From contig JAGIQG010000004.1 in the NCBI GenBank assembly GCA_024679065.1, forward strand, positions 14,136,001 through 14,200,000: a stretch of 64,000 nucleotides of DNA, written 5' to 3'. The stretch's first letter is position 1; each line of letters starts with the position of its first letter. This document shows, one piece after another, positions 37,323 to 51,239 of this stretch. The position numbers were made by a program, and so were the translations under genes. Under the pieces are notes generated by a model. It ran no database searches, had not been told where the DNA came from, and saw nothing but the letters and a program-made list of their open reading frames with translations. The stretch is from Sphyrna mokarran. Lineage: Eukaryota.

Positions 37323-40300
37323 CTGCTGTTGAATCCAGACTCAGCTATTGTAATGTGGCTAGGCTTCCACTTTTTACTCTTCATAAACTTGAAGTTATCC
37401 AGGACTCTGTTACTTGTATTTTAGCTTGCAACCTTGACCTGTATCCAGTTTCCAGTCAAGCAACATCTTCATTTTAATGGTCTCATTCTCATTATCAAAT
37501 TTCTTCATAGTCTCACTCTCTCTTCCAACCCCATGATTCCCTATAAGGTAGCATGGTGGCACAATTGCCTCACAGCGCCAGGGACCTGGGTTCAGTTCCT
37601 AGCTTGGGTCACTATTGGTATGGAGTTTGCACTTTCTCCCCGTGTCTGTGTAGCTTTCCTTCGGGTACTCTGGTTCCCTCCCACAGTCCAAGGATGTGCA
37701 GATTAGGTGGAATGGCCATGCTAATTTGCTCCTTATTGTAAAGGAGACTCGCTAGGCTACATGCATAGGGTTATGAGGATAGTGCCTGGATAGGATTGTA
37801 GTCAGTGCAGACTTGACAGCCTGAATGGCCTCCTTCTGCACTGTAGGATTCCAAGGTGTCTGCATCTCTAATTCTGACCTCTCTCACATCCCTGATTTTA
37901 ACCACTTCTTGCTTGGAGGCTAAACCTTCTCTTGCTAAGAGCTTAACCTTAGGAATAGTTTTCCCTAACCTTGCTGCTTCTCTATTTCATTTTTTCCTTT
38001 AGAACATTCCTTAAAACTTACTTCATTCATCTGGCCTAATATTTATGTGGTTCGGTGTCATATTTTGTTCTTGCGCAACAACTTGGGAGGTTTTTTTAAT
38101 TCATTTGGGGGACAGAGGCATCATTGGCTGGCCAGCATTTTTTGGCCATCCTAGTTTGCACTAGAGTAGTTCAGAGTCAACTTCGGTGCTAAGGTTCTAT
38201 AGCCATACATAAGCCAGACCAGATAGGGACAACAGACTTCCTTCCCAAAAGGATATTAGTGAACTAGATGGGTTTTTCCCTGACAACCAACAATGGTTTT
38301 ATGGTCATCAGCAGTTTTTAATTATAACTATTTTTTAATTGAATTCAAATTCCACCATCTGTCATGGCAGAATTTGAACCCAGATCTTCGGAACATTAAC
38401 TGAGTTTCTGGATTAATAGTTTGGCGATAATGCACTAGGCTATCATTTCCCCTGGATTGTCTGTTGCTCAGTTTCATCAGAACAATATTGGAGTCAATAG
38501 GGTTCAATAGCTCCGACAATTGCACACACATGGGCTGTACTCCCATAAGTTTAAAACGTTGATGGCTGACCTAATTAGGATGTTTAATATGACAGACTCT
38601 GTCATTTTAAACTTTGCAATGGTAGAGTAAATGCAGGTAAACTATTTTCAATGGATTTCAGAATAAGAGGACACAAAGGAAATACAGAGAGAGGCTATTT
38701 AGAAAAGAAATCGTAGAATTCTTCAGTGAAGAAAGAGCCATTCGGCCCATTGAGTTTGCACTGACCGCAATCCTATCCAGGCCCTATCCCCATAACACCA
38801 TGCATTTACCCATGGCTAGTCCCGCTGACAGGCAGGGACAATTTAGCATGGTCAATCCACCTAATCTGTACATCTTTGGACTGTGGAAGGTAACTGGAGC
38901 ACCCAGAGGAATTACACACAGACACCTGAAGAACGTGCAGACTCCACACAGACAGTGACGCAAGTCAGGAATCAAACCCAGGTCCTTGGCACTGTTAGGC
39001 AGTAGTGCTAACCACTGTGCTACTGTGTCATCCCAAATCGCAATGCAAATTTTCATCCACAAATTTTGTGAAAATTTTGTACTCTTTTCTTTAAAGAGAT
39101 ACAGATTTGAAAGCAATTAAAATTTCCATGTGAGAATTTTATGTTTGGCAAGGATTTCAAAGGATGTGAAATAAAAAGCAAATAAAATAGGCCACAAACA
39201 AACTAAGCATGTTTAATACCCTATTAGGAAATTCCTAATAATTCAGTAAAAATGAAGTCCAAAGCAAATTGCAAATCTATTCAATTTTTAATGTTAATTA
39301 AATACAGTGGGAGTGGTGGCAGAAACCCACATAATGAAACATTAAATTAGATGGTTATTGCACATTTGGTCCTCCGAGGAAATCTTGTCAACCAAAGTGC
39401 CTTTTACACACCTTGTGTGTTAAAGCAAGTTTCAATTGAATAACCTACTAAACAACAGCAAATCTCTTCCTGTGTTGAACAACATTGCACCTTATGCCTA
39501 GCCGTGAAATATGGTGCAGAGCTTTGCTTGCATTTGTCACAACGGTAGAAGTGCTTTGTTGCAATTTCTTCCCAGTTATGAAAGCAGTGCCTTTTTAAAT
39601 ACCGTTTGTCTAAAAAGATAACCTACGTCTGTCAATCATTCTTGTGGGTTATGGAGCTAAACCGGTTGATACCAAGGCTATATTTATCTATAATTTGACC
39701 ATATTCAGTTGATCATATTGGCACATTATGCAACCTTTACTCCAACCACGTAACTGCATTTGAGGATAGGGAGACACAGGTGTGATTTGATACCTGTTAT
39801 ATTCCTTTAAATAATATGTGCTGATTTCCAATATCGGGTAGCTGTCAGTGCTCCAGCATGGGTGTGTGTAATTTCTGGCCCCCTGACCTTCATTTTTAAG
39901 AACAAATCTGTTCTTGCAGTTCAAGTGTTTGTGTGGACTGCAGGACCTCAAGACCATCTGCTTCCTCTTTTAGTTTCTTCAGGCGAGCTGCCAAACAGTG
40001 AACATTGTGGTCTGAAGTTACAGACAGAGTTCACAATTTAACTCATTTTGGTAACATTTGCTGCAAACACAGCGCAGCAAGTGTTTTAACCTTTTTTTTT
40101 ACCTCACTGTTTCTTAGCTGCTTGAATTGCAATGAGAGCAAAGAAGCCCATTTCACAAAAATGGAAGGAGGACGCATGGTGTGCAGCGCAGTGATTAGCC
40201 CTGCTGCCTCACAGCATCAGTGATCGGGCTTCAGTTCCAGTCACTATCTATGTGGAGTTTGCACGTTCTTCCTATGTCTGCACACATTTCCTCTTGGTGC

Positions 40301-40829
40301 TCCGGTTTCACTCACAGTCCAAAAATATATGGATTAGGCTGAGTGGCTGTGCTAAATTGTCCTTTAGTGTCATGGATATTAACAGGGTAAATACATAGGG
40401 ATACAGGGATAGAACCTGGGTGGGATAATTGTCAGTGTAGGCATGATGGGCTGAATGACCTCCTTCTGCACTGTAGTGATTCTATTCTGTCTGTTACACA
40501 TTCGTTTATGTTTATTTCCTGTGAACATTCTTGGTTTCTTCAGCGACAGACAATCATGTTTACATTGCAAGAGATTTGGGGTAGAAACTAAGATGTGTTT
40601 TGCATCTCTTAGTTCAAGGGCAAAACAGACATTACAAAGTCTAATCCTGGAGCACAATATTCCATGCAATGTCATCACTACGACAATCTTCTTTTGACTA
40701 CACTTTTCAAATCTGCAATCTCTTACTACCCTGGTGAAGAAGATTCATGGGAACATCACTATTTGCAAATACCTTCTAAATCACACGCACCATTCTGACC
40801 TGGAAATATACCAGTTTCTCTATACCACA

Positions 40830-41150
40830 GAATTAAAGGATTGTTACGATGCAGAAGGCCATTCAGCCCATCATGTCAGTACCAGCTCTCCAAAACGAAT
40901 GGCTTAGTGCCATTCCCCTGTCTTTTCCCCATTCCCCTGCACATTGTTTCTATTCAGAGAATCATCTACTGCCTTGTTGATTGTCTTGACTGAACCTGCC
41001 TCCACCACACTTCCAGGCTGTGCATTCCGAACCCCGATGACTTGCTGTGTGAAAAAGTTTCTTCTTGTATTACACATGTTTCTTTTGCCAATCACCTTAA
41101 ATCTGTGCCTTCTTGTTCCTGATCTTTTTATGAAGGGGAACAGCTCCTCC
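40830..41150 (-). mobile_element. Old CR1 3' fragment
   Basis: RRNFFTQQVIGVRNAQPGSVVEAGS (ORF 40904-41095). Confidence 0.75.
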
Positions 41151-41159
41151 TGATCAAAA

Positions 41160-41403
41160 TAAATAAAAGCAAATTACTGCAGATATGGAATCTGAAACCA
41201 AAAGAGAAGATGCTGGAAAATCTCAGCGGGTCTGGCAATATCTGTAAGGAGAGAAAGGAGCTCACATTTCAAGACAAAATGACCCTTTCTCAAAACTCAG
41301 ACAAACTCTGACAATAGATCATCTGGACTTGAAATGTCAGCTCTTTTCCTCTCTCAACAGATACTGCCAGACCTGCTAAGATTTTCCAGCATTTTCCCTT
41401 TCA
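41160..41403. repeat. Palindromic Penelope-like terminal element
   Basis: Inverted arms of about 90 bp around a decayed ctgac...gaaa core. Confidence 0.7.
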
Positions 41404-41739
41404 GCTTCTCCTGGTCTCTTTTTTCAACCATCTCACTGGATCAAAATCCTGGCGCTTCCTCCCTAACAGCACGGTGGGTGTATCTACATCAAATTGACTG
41501 CAGTAGTTTAAGATGGTGGGTGACCGTTAACCTTCTCAGAGGCAATTATGGATGGGCAATAAATACCAACTTTGCCATAAGTAAAGACAAAAGTTTCTAT
41601 GTTTTTGGAATAAGATTTTTGCTGCATTGCAGGTATTTTTGCAGGTTGAGTTTGTGGAGGGCAGGAGCTCTTTTAGAAGATTTACTTGTTCTCAGTTGCC
41701 GTACATGGACATACTGCTGGGCTAACGGAGGCTCTCAAA

Positions 41740-42930
41740 TCGGAACACAAAGCAGCAGCAACAAGGAGGGCAGTAGTGAGCTGCAGGGGCAGGACATACA
41801 CAAAAGTGAAGAGGCAATGGGGCAGGAGGCATGATTGCATGAGAGCATTGGGACATCATGCCTGAATCTCACAAAGAACCAGGTGTAAGGTGGCTGTGTT
41901 TCTGTTGACAAACAGTTGCTTAGGTAGCATTCCTGTCACCATAAAATCCCTACAATGCAGAAGGAGGCCATTCAGCCCTTTGGTTCTGCACTGACATCAA
42001 TCCTACCCAGGCCTTATCCCCAAAACCCCACATTATCTACCCTGCAAATCCCTTCAGCATACACCATACACACAACATACATGAGTTGGAGTAAGAGTAA
42101 CAGCTCCGTACCAATAGGACATACTAAACTGCCTGTGGCAGCAAATGCCATCATAACTTCAGACTTCTATGTGCTTTCAAACTCTTCCTTGTGACATCGC
42201 AATATCAGTCAGTTTCTTTGTGCTGATCAGACAGGTCATTGACAGTTCATTCGCTTCCGTACGGCAGATGATCAACAGGAAGATAGAGGACAGTGATCTC
42301 CCCACACTGCTGGACTGCATACATGTACATACATGGAGCATTGCGTGCTCGCCTGCAGGACTCACACACGTTCTCAACAGAGGAGCTTCCACTCAACAAG
42401 AAACTTGTTACTGAGTTCTGGCAACAAGTCACGTACTGTCCCCTCTCCTGGTAGTAATGATGATGTTTTTGTACTCTGCCGATCCTCAGTTTTTCTTTTA
42501 ATCATTCAATGGATGTAGGTGTTGCTGACTGGCCAGCATTTATTGCCAACCCTAGTTGCCCATAGAGAGCAGTTGAGAGTTAATCACATTGCTGTGGCTC
42601 TGGAGTCACTTGTAAGCCAGGCCAGGTAAAGTTGACAGATTTCCTTCCCTAAAGGACATTAGAGAGCCATGTGGGTTTTTCCGACAATCGAATCATGGTC
42701 ATCAGCAAATTCTTAATATTCAAATTTTTTTTAATTGAATTTTTTATTTAATTGCATTTGAACCTGCGTACCCAGAACAGTAGCTGAGTTTCTGGATTAA
42801 TAGTCCAGCGATAATACCACTGGCCCATCGCCTCCTCAATACTATTTTAATTCCACTATTGAATGGCAGGCTGGCTGCTGGGATACACAGGCTCACCAAT
42901 TGGCTCCTAGAAATGTGGACACGGATATAG
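41740..42930 (+). pseudogene. Fossil PIF/Harbinger (HARBI1-like DDE) transposase, interrupted by SINEs
   Basis: Frameshifted motifs in the expected order: LPVAANAIITSDFY, DIAIS...IRQVID, LDCIHV, LNR/FHS, PGSNDDVFVL, then GWLLG at about 42870. Confidence 0.75.
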
Positions 42931-43264
42931 ACCTCGGATATAATGTGGGCCAAGCAGCAACAAGGATTCTGATTTCTAGTAATTGTCCTGTAATCAAAAC
43001 GCATCCAAAAGTACAATGTAAACTTAGGATGGTTTCAACGATCTTAAAGTTATAGTTAACCAAGCTGCTAAAGGAAGCCAGGGAGGAAATAATGGATGCT
43101 CTGTGGATTATTTTCTACTCCTCACCAGATACATGGAATCTCTACAGTGCAGAAGAGGCCCATCGAGTCCGCACTGACTTTCTGACAGAGTATCACATCC
43201 TCCCCATGCTATTTCTATAAGCCCCTACACTTACCATGGCTAATCCATCTAGTCTACACATCTT

Positions 43265-45040
43265 ATAAGACCATAAAACATATGAGCAGAATTAGGCCAC
43301 TCAGCCCACCGAGTCTGCTGCACCATTCAATCATGGCTGATATGTTTCTCATCTCCATTTTTCTACTTTTCCTCATAACCCCTGATCCCCTTATTAATTA
43401 AAAACCTCTCTATCTCTGTCTTAAAGCCACTCAATGACCTGGCCTCCATAGCCTTCTAGAACATAGAACATAGAACATAGAACAATACAGCACAGAACAG
43501 GCCCTTCGGCCTTCGATGTTGTGCCGACCAAAATAAAAGCAATGCCCCTCCTAACTAAACCATTCCCTTCTCATCCATATACTTATCAACTAACCTCTTA
43601 AACGCCACCAAACTTGGCGCATCTACAACAGCTGCAGGCAGGGCATTCCACTCCCGAATCACTCTTTGAGTAAAGAACCTACCTCTGATATCCGTCCTAT
43701 AACTCATACCCCTTAATTAAAAGTTGTGTCCCCTCGTGCTAGCTTTTTCCATCCTAGGAAAAAGGCTATCACTGTCCACCCTATCCAAACCTCTAATCAT
43801 CTTATATGTTTCAATAAGATCCCCCCTTAGCCGCCTCCTTTCTAACGAAAACAACCTCAAATCCTTCAACCCCTCTTCATAGGACCTGCCCTCCATACCA
43901 GGCAACATCCTGGTAAACCTCCTCTGTACCCTCTCCAATGCCTCCACATCTTTCTTATAATGTGGCGACCAGAACTGCACACAATACTCGAAGTGCGGCC
44001 GCACTAGAGTTTTGTACAGTTGCAACATGATGCTGCGGCTCCTAAATTCAATCCCCCTACCAATAAAAGCTAAGACTCCATATGCCTTCTTAACAACTTT
44101 ATCCACTTGACTGCTACTTTCAGGGATCTATTGACACATACACCAAGATCCTTCTGTTCCTCAACACTATTAAGAGCCCTACCATTAGCCCTATACTCTA
44201 CACATTTATTGTTCCTGCCAAAGTGCATTACCTCACACTTTTCCACAGTAAACTCCATTTGCCACCTCTCGGCCCAGCTCTGCAACTTGTCCAAGTCCCT
44301 CTGCAAACTATAACACCCCTCTTCACTATCTACCACTCCACCGACTTGTGTCATCTGCAAATTTACTAATCCATCCTTCAATACCTTCATCCAGATCATT
44401 TATAAAAATTACAAACAGCAGGGGCCCCAAAACAGACCCCTGAGGTACACCACTTGTCACCGAACTCCACGATGAATATCTCCCATCAACCACCACCCTC
44501 TGTCTTCTATCTGCCAGCAAATTTCTAATCCAATTAGCTAAATCACCCTCTATTCCACACATCTGCATTTTCTGTAGAAGTCTTCCATGGGCCACCTTAT
44601 CAAACGCCTTACTAAAGTCCATATATACTACATCAACTGCCTTACCCCCATCCACCTCTCTGGTCACTTTCTCAAAAAAACTCAATGAGGTTAGTAAGGC
44701 ATGACCTACCCTTCACGAAACCATGCTGACTATCCCCAATCAATTCATTTCTCTCTAAATAACTATAAATCCTATCCCTAATAATTCTCTCCAATACCGT
44801 GCCCACCACAGAAGTAAGACTCACTGGCCTATAATTCCCAGGAAGGTCTCTCTTCCCCTTCTTAAACAATGGGACCACATTCGCCATCCTCCAGTCCTCC
44901 GGAACCACACCCGTAACCAACGAGCAAAGAGTTCCAAGATTCTGTAGCAAAGAGTTCCAAGATTCACCACTATCTGGCTGAAGAAATTCCTCCTCATTTC
45001 TGTTTTAAAGGATCTTCCCTTTAGCCTGAAGTTGTGCCTC
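43265..45040 (-). mobile_element. Older CR1 3' fragment hosting the young CR1 insertion
   Basis: 43265-43457 and 44944-45040 rejoin as gccttct-gtagcaaagagttcc. Confidence 0.7.
43458..44922 (-). mobile_element. Young 5'-truncated CR1 LINE (RT to 3' tail), a few frameshifts
   Basis: ORFs 44672-44950, 44326-44685, 44070-44399 and 43717-44106 give [32 protein letters not shown] and LERRRLRGDLIE. The (ATGTTCT)n tail is intact. Confidence 0.95.
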
Positions 45041-48000
45041 CTGAGACACTAAAGGACAAATTATCATGGCCAATCCACTTAACCTTCCAATTCTTCAGAC
45101 TGTAGGAGGAAACAGCAACATGCGGAGGAAACCCATGCAGACACGGGTAGAAAGTTCAAACTCCATACAGTGACACAAGGCTGCGTGAGACAGTTCTCAT
45201 TCCATCTCAGTCAAATGACAGCTGAGGAAGGACTGCTTAGATCTCCAGGTAAGAACTCTGATTCCCACTGCATGAATGCGTACACCCTCTCTTGGGGGGA
45301 AGTACAGAACCTCTTCAAGGTAGGAAGAGAAGTACTAAATGCTGCTGTGAAAAAAGAACACTGCAAATTCTAGAAATTCTGAAATAACAATGTTGGAAAA
45401 ACACATTGGGAGGGATTTTCCTTCCAAGCTTGCCCCATAACTGGAAAATCCCACCCAACGTCAATGGATCTTTGCATGGTCCGTGTCCCACTCACTACGA
45501 TTCCCATGTTGGGCGTGATCAGGTCAGGCAACATCTCTGGAGAGGAGCAGAGTTACCTTGTCATCAACAGATTCCAGGAAGCTGATGAAGGTGACAAGGA
45601 ATCAGAGGAAACAGAGGAAAAGGAGGTAAGCTGTCTCAGTTACAAGGCAGTAAATTATTAAAGACCAATTTTCCTGAATCATCTTTCCCATTTCATAGCA
45701 TCAAAACATCTTTCTCTTGTGAACCAAACAAGCTCCAATTCAACTTCATTGACCTTCTCCTTATTGCACTGTTATGAAAAGTATGAACGACACCAAAACA
45801 AACATTTTTCTCCAGTTCTCCAAAAGACACAAGCCATGATCTGAAAATTGCCTTTTGCCTATTTATAAATCACCCAATATTACTGTTCTGATCAGCTACT
45901 CCTGTGCTGCCCCGTGTGTGTTGACACTCCATTACTTTATAGCCCTGGGATGTGGATAAGTGTTGACTTCCATTGAAGACGCATGGTGTGGCCATGAGGA
46001 ACGGCCATAAGTAGTTCTAGTTATTGAGGACCTGGTTGCAAAGTGTTGTGACTTGACCTTGGCTGCAGTAACCTGGCTGTGCTGGATGTTTGATACCAAC
46101 AGGGGCACGGGAAAGTAAGTGAGCTTCCACCTTGAGAGAGATAAAAGATGTCTCTCCCACTCTCTCTCTCCCTCTCTCTGTCTCTGCAATTCTCTCTCTC
46201 TTTCTCTCTGCAACTTTCTCTCTCTTTCTGGAGTTACCACCTCTCACAGAGGGTGAGCTTCAGCACTCTCACTGTCCTTACTGTAGGAGCACTGGGAGAA
46301 GCACTACAACCTTGGTGACACTCTACTTCAGGCCTTGTGGCCTTGAATCACCGTTTGAGGTCAGGACCTTGAAGCTTGGTTAAATTTGAGCATCTCTCCT
46401 GCATCACACTTTTCAAATGTTAGTACCCTCATTGGGCCTGAGGTCAGCCCCCAGTTAATGATGCTGAGCTCTGCCAGGAAGTGGGAGATACCTGTTGGAG
46501 CAGGAGTATCGAAGGCAAGAAACAGGGCCTGCTGTGGCCTTTAACCATTCAGGAGACAGAATTCAGAGGGTGAGAGGATTGTGCAAATGGCCAGCCAAAT
46601 GGGATTGCACCTGACCTTGCAGCAATACCTTCCAACTCAACAACAAATCTTCGCAGCCCACCCACACTGCACCTGACAGCTGTGCAGTAACACGCACCAA
46701 ATCGTTCTGGTTTACTGATTTCTGATTTGACAATCACGTCCTAGCTCCCCCACCCACCACCCTGATCAGCTAACAAACTCTTCAAGGTGCTAAATGGGCA
46801 TTCAACTGAAGGTGAGAGTCTTACCCATTTCCACTCTTTGACCCTTCCTGCGAAAGGTCTATCAGGATGCATTGGGGTCCAATGGCACCCTCCAGAGTGT
46901 AATGTTTATAGCCCCAAACCCTTGCTCTGCACATCCCCTCCCGCCTTCCCCTTACCATTTAAAATTTAGCTTAGGCATCACAGCGCCAGGGACTCAGGTT
47001 TGATTCTTGCCTTGTCTGAGTGGAGTTTGCACATTCTCCCCATATCTGTGTGGGTTTCCTCCGGTTTTCTTCCACAGTCTGAAAGACGTGCTGGTTAGGT
47101 GCATTGGCCATGCTAAATTCTCTCTCAGTGTACCTGAACAGATTTCAGAGTTTGGTGACTATGGGATTTTCACAATAACTTCACTGCAGTGTTAAAGTAA
47201 GCGTACTTGTAATGAATAAATGAACTTTAAGTCAGAGCAATTGTTGGCCTCCAAATCTGTAATGGCATCTATCATCAAAACTGTCAGAGCTATCACCAGA
47301 TGATCTATTGCTGTAGGGCCTCACTGAAGTGCTTATAAAGCTGACCACTCATTCCAGATTTGACTGAACGGTTTCCATACATCATACACCAGTTTGGAGT
47401 CTACTTATTCCCTCCGACACCATATACAAACTCATTGCAAGGTACCTCCATACACTGAGAGCATCCACATTGATTGACAACAAACAACAACAACTTACAT
47501 TTATACAGAGTCTTGTGGTGAGACATCTTAACGTGTACCACAAGGGCATCATGAAACTAAATTTGACACCAAGTAGCATAAGGAGATATTAAGAGGTAAA
47601 TTTTAAGGAGAGCTCTGGGCATAGGTAGCTGAAGGCGTGGTCACTGTTGGTGGAGTGTCGTACATCAAAGATGTGCAAGAAGGTGGAATTTGAGGATCAC
47701 TGTTGTCTTGGCGGGTTTAGTGACGGGAGGAGACTACAACGATTTGGAAGGATGGGGCAATACAGATCTGAAAACAAGGATGAGATTGTTGGAATTGACG
47801 TGTTGATGAACTGGCAACCAATGAACATCGATTAGCACAAGGATGATGGATGAATGATATTTGGCATGTACATGAGCTGTCGGTATCAAAAATCATGGCT
47901 TCTTTTCCTTACCATTGTCCACAATTCTCAGCTACAGTTACCTCATCCAAAGTGCACCTCCACTTTAGGAGGTTTTTATTTTAATTTGATCAGATCATGT

Positions 48001-49000
48001 GGGCATCCCTATTTGTCCTTGGCCTGAATGTATTTTGGAGGGCATTTAAGAATCAACCATACTGTACAGACTGTGCACTGTTTGTTATCTCAGGTGATTG
48101 AAGAAGTAAAAATCAAGCATGCTTCCCTGAACTGATTGTTCCTCAGAAACATCCCCTCCACATTCCTCAAAGAAACCATCATTTATGGGAGTCACATGGA
48201 CATAACATCAGTCTTGCCGTAATGCATGCAATGATGGAGAAAGCAGCTGAGGTTTGCACAGGTAAGGAGATCACCTGGACAAAGTATCTGTGAAAATCTG
48301 CCCCAACAAAAGTCAGGACAAGAGAGAGAGGTGGCAAGGGTGGTGTTAGTTGCGTGGGCAGATATATATAACTAACTCTGCTAACATGACGACACGTAGA
48401 ATCAGAAGGCTAAAGGTTAGCTAAAAATTCCTAAAGCGTACGCAATTCAGGCAAACAACGGCATTATTGCAGCTACAAAGATTGTTTTTCTAAGTTGGAG
48501 ACAGCCTGCAGAAAACATTTCCAATAATGAGGTAACAGTTGAAATACTGTTTGGATTTTAGTGTGTGTTAGTTCAGTTTCTATTTGAGACTCGTGAGTTT
48601 AAGCTCAGTACAGGGGCTGGTAGTAAAGGCCATTTTCCAAGTTTGTTTTTCTTTTCCTTTTCATTTCTGTCATGTTAATATTTTAAGTTCTGTTCAATAA
48701 AACAAAATCATTTTAAAACCTGTATTAATGCTGTCTTCGTCTATTAATATGAATGAATGGACCCAACAGTTTCTATTACTGAGATGAGTTTTACATTCCA
48801 GGTTTAGCAATTGAATTGAAATTGCACCAGCTTCTATGGTGGGATTTGAACCCATGCCCCAGAACTAGATTGCTAGTCCAGTGACATTACCACTACACTT
48901 CAGTCTATTCTAATCCTTAGCCTGGGATCATTCTGCTCTGAATGCTCAAGATCTCACCAAGCAGTGCAGTCATGCTCAAAGTATGATGAAATGCAGTGAT

Positions 49001-49138
49001 GGACTGGAATTCTCCAACCTCGCCTGTGGCTGGGATTCTCCAGTCCTGCTGCTGTAAAAGGAGATTTAGCTGAGCTTCAAATTCTCCATTTTCACTACCA
49101 GTGTCATTGGGGCGTAAGAGACTGGAGAATTCCAGCCA
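49001..49138. mobile_element. MITE with near-perfect TIRs
   Basis: ctggaattctcca ... tggagaattccag. Confidence 0.7.
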
Positions 49139-51239
49139 TAATTTATTTGGATTTGTTAATTTGCAATTTCCTGAACGGTGACAATAAAGAACGTTTAATT
49201 CCAAATCTAATCACTTGCCTGGTTTGAACTGGTTTGGATTAATCTATCAATCTGTCTGGTTTTCATTTTTCCCCCTAACAAAAATTAAGCTGATGAATCC
49301 GTTCGTTTGTTTGCTGTGGTTTCCTGTCTAATGCAGCTTGAGTTTTAGAAAATTGTTTCAACACTTCAGTCCAAAAAAAACTGGATTGAGCAATCATGGT
49401 CAGCCCTAATGTTAGACGCTCACTAACTTATACATCGGACTAGAGAAACCAAAAACAATTTCCTCCCAATCATATTACTTTCAGTCACAGTGAGCAATAC
49501 AGATAAGAATCTACCACATGCATTAATCTATCCTCTCAGCAGTGAAATTTAGGTTTTGGTCAATCCTATTTTAATTTAAATTCACAACACATCCTTTGTC
49601 CTGATTTTAGGTTCCTGTTCAAGTCAATGGGTCACTGTTACTTATCAGTCATGAGTCACACTACCCTCTCTGACACATAATCCATCAAAATATCTCCTAC
49701 TTCCCCACAGTGCATTTTAACTTTTCTTTTCTTCTCTGGCATTTTGTATTAATGCTACAAAAGAGACACTTCCAAGAAGTGACTTTATTACATTCCATAT
49801 GCATAGCAAGGCCTAAATTACTTTTACAAAAAACGTTTGCAAAATCCAAATAGGGTGTATTCGAATTTCATTTACTTAAAAGGTTTGACCCTTCTATCAT
49901 CTCTTTTCAATCCACAGAAACCGTGCTGTATTGGAGGCTAATTAGGTGTTGTCCCACACATGTCAGGACATATGCACTGACCTTCCTTCCCTCTACAGTG
50001 ACATGCTTGCATGGTGTAACCAGGATTTTCTGTAGACCAGAGGATTAACTTTAATGATAGCCCATTGAGCCTATATGTATGTCACAGTGCTGTCACTCTG
50101 TGAGAGCAGATAAGTGTGAAGTATCTCAGGCAGTAATTTCAACTATATCTTGGTCTTGTTTAACCTTTGTTAAATGGTCAAACATTTCAATAAGTGTTTT
50201 TGAACAAAGAATTAAAGACTTTGCCCTCCACAAGGTCTTTTCCAGAAGATACCAATGATAATAATAGACTTTCCATTAGCAGCATGTTGTAAATTCTGGT
50301 GGTAGAAAATCATACACAGTACAGAAGGAGGCCATTGGCCTATCGAGCCTGCACTGACAACAATTCCACCCAGGCTCTATCCCCATAACCCAACACTTAC
50401 CCTGCTAATCGCCCTCACAGTAAGGGTCCATTTTGTATGGCCAATCTTTGGACTGTGGGAAGAAACCGGAGCATCTGGAGAAACCCATGCAGACATGGGG
50501 AGAATGTGCAAACCCCACACAGGCAATTAGCCGAAGTGGGAATTGAACCCATGTCCCTGGCACTGCGAGAGCAAGGAGACAATGTTGAACTTATACAAGG
50601 CACTAGTTCAGTGGTAGATAACCTGAGGCCTAGGAGCCACACATGGCCCAGAAAAGTTTTGGGCATGGTTTGTGAAACTTTTTTTTATTCATTTATGGGA
50701 CATGGATGTCACTGGCTGGCCAGCATTTATTGCCCATCTCTAGTTGCCCAAGGGCAGTTGAGAGTCAACCACATTGCTGTGGCTCTGGAGTCATATGTCA
50801 GCCAGACTGGGTAAAGACACAGGCAGTCGTGCTAATCACTGTGCCATCCTTACATGACAGCATTCAATGCAGTTGAGGCCAGTGCAAGGATTAAAAGAAA
50901 GCTAAAGCTTTCCTTTTTTTGTCACCACTGTCAAATACTTTAGTGATGAAAGGACATTTTCAACCGTCTTGTCCTCCACTTCCGGGTTGAGCACAACATC
51001 TATGCTGACATCCAATTGCAGTACTGAAGGAATTCTACATTGTTGGGGATCTGTCTTTCAGATGAGACATTAAGCTGAAGCCTTATCCGCTGTTTCAGGT
51101 GAATGTAAAAAAATCTCATGGCAACAAGTTCAAAGAAATGCAAGAGAGATCTCCTCAGTGTCTTGGCCAATATTTTTGCCTCAATTTACCCTTATACTTC
51201 CATCTCTCATTAGATTGGTTGGAGAGCTCTCTGCTTCTT

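Noticed and set aside
43717-44950. Functional reverse transcriptase gene
   Set aside because: 5'-truncated with three frameshifts; a dead CR1 copy.
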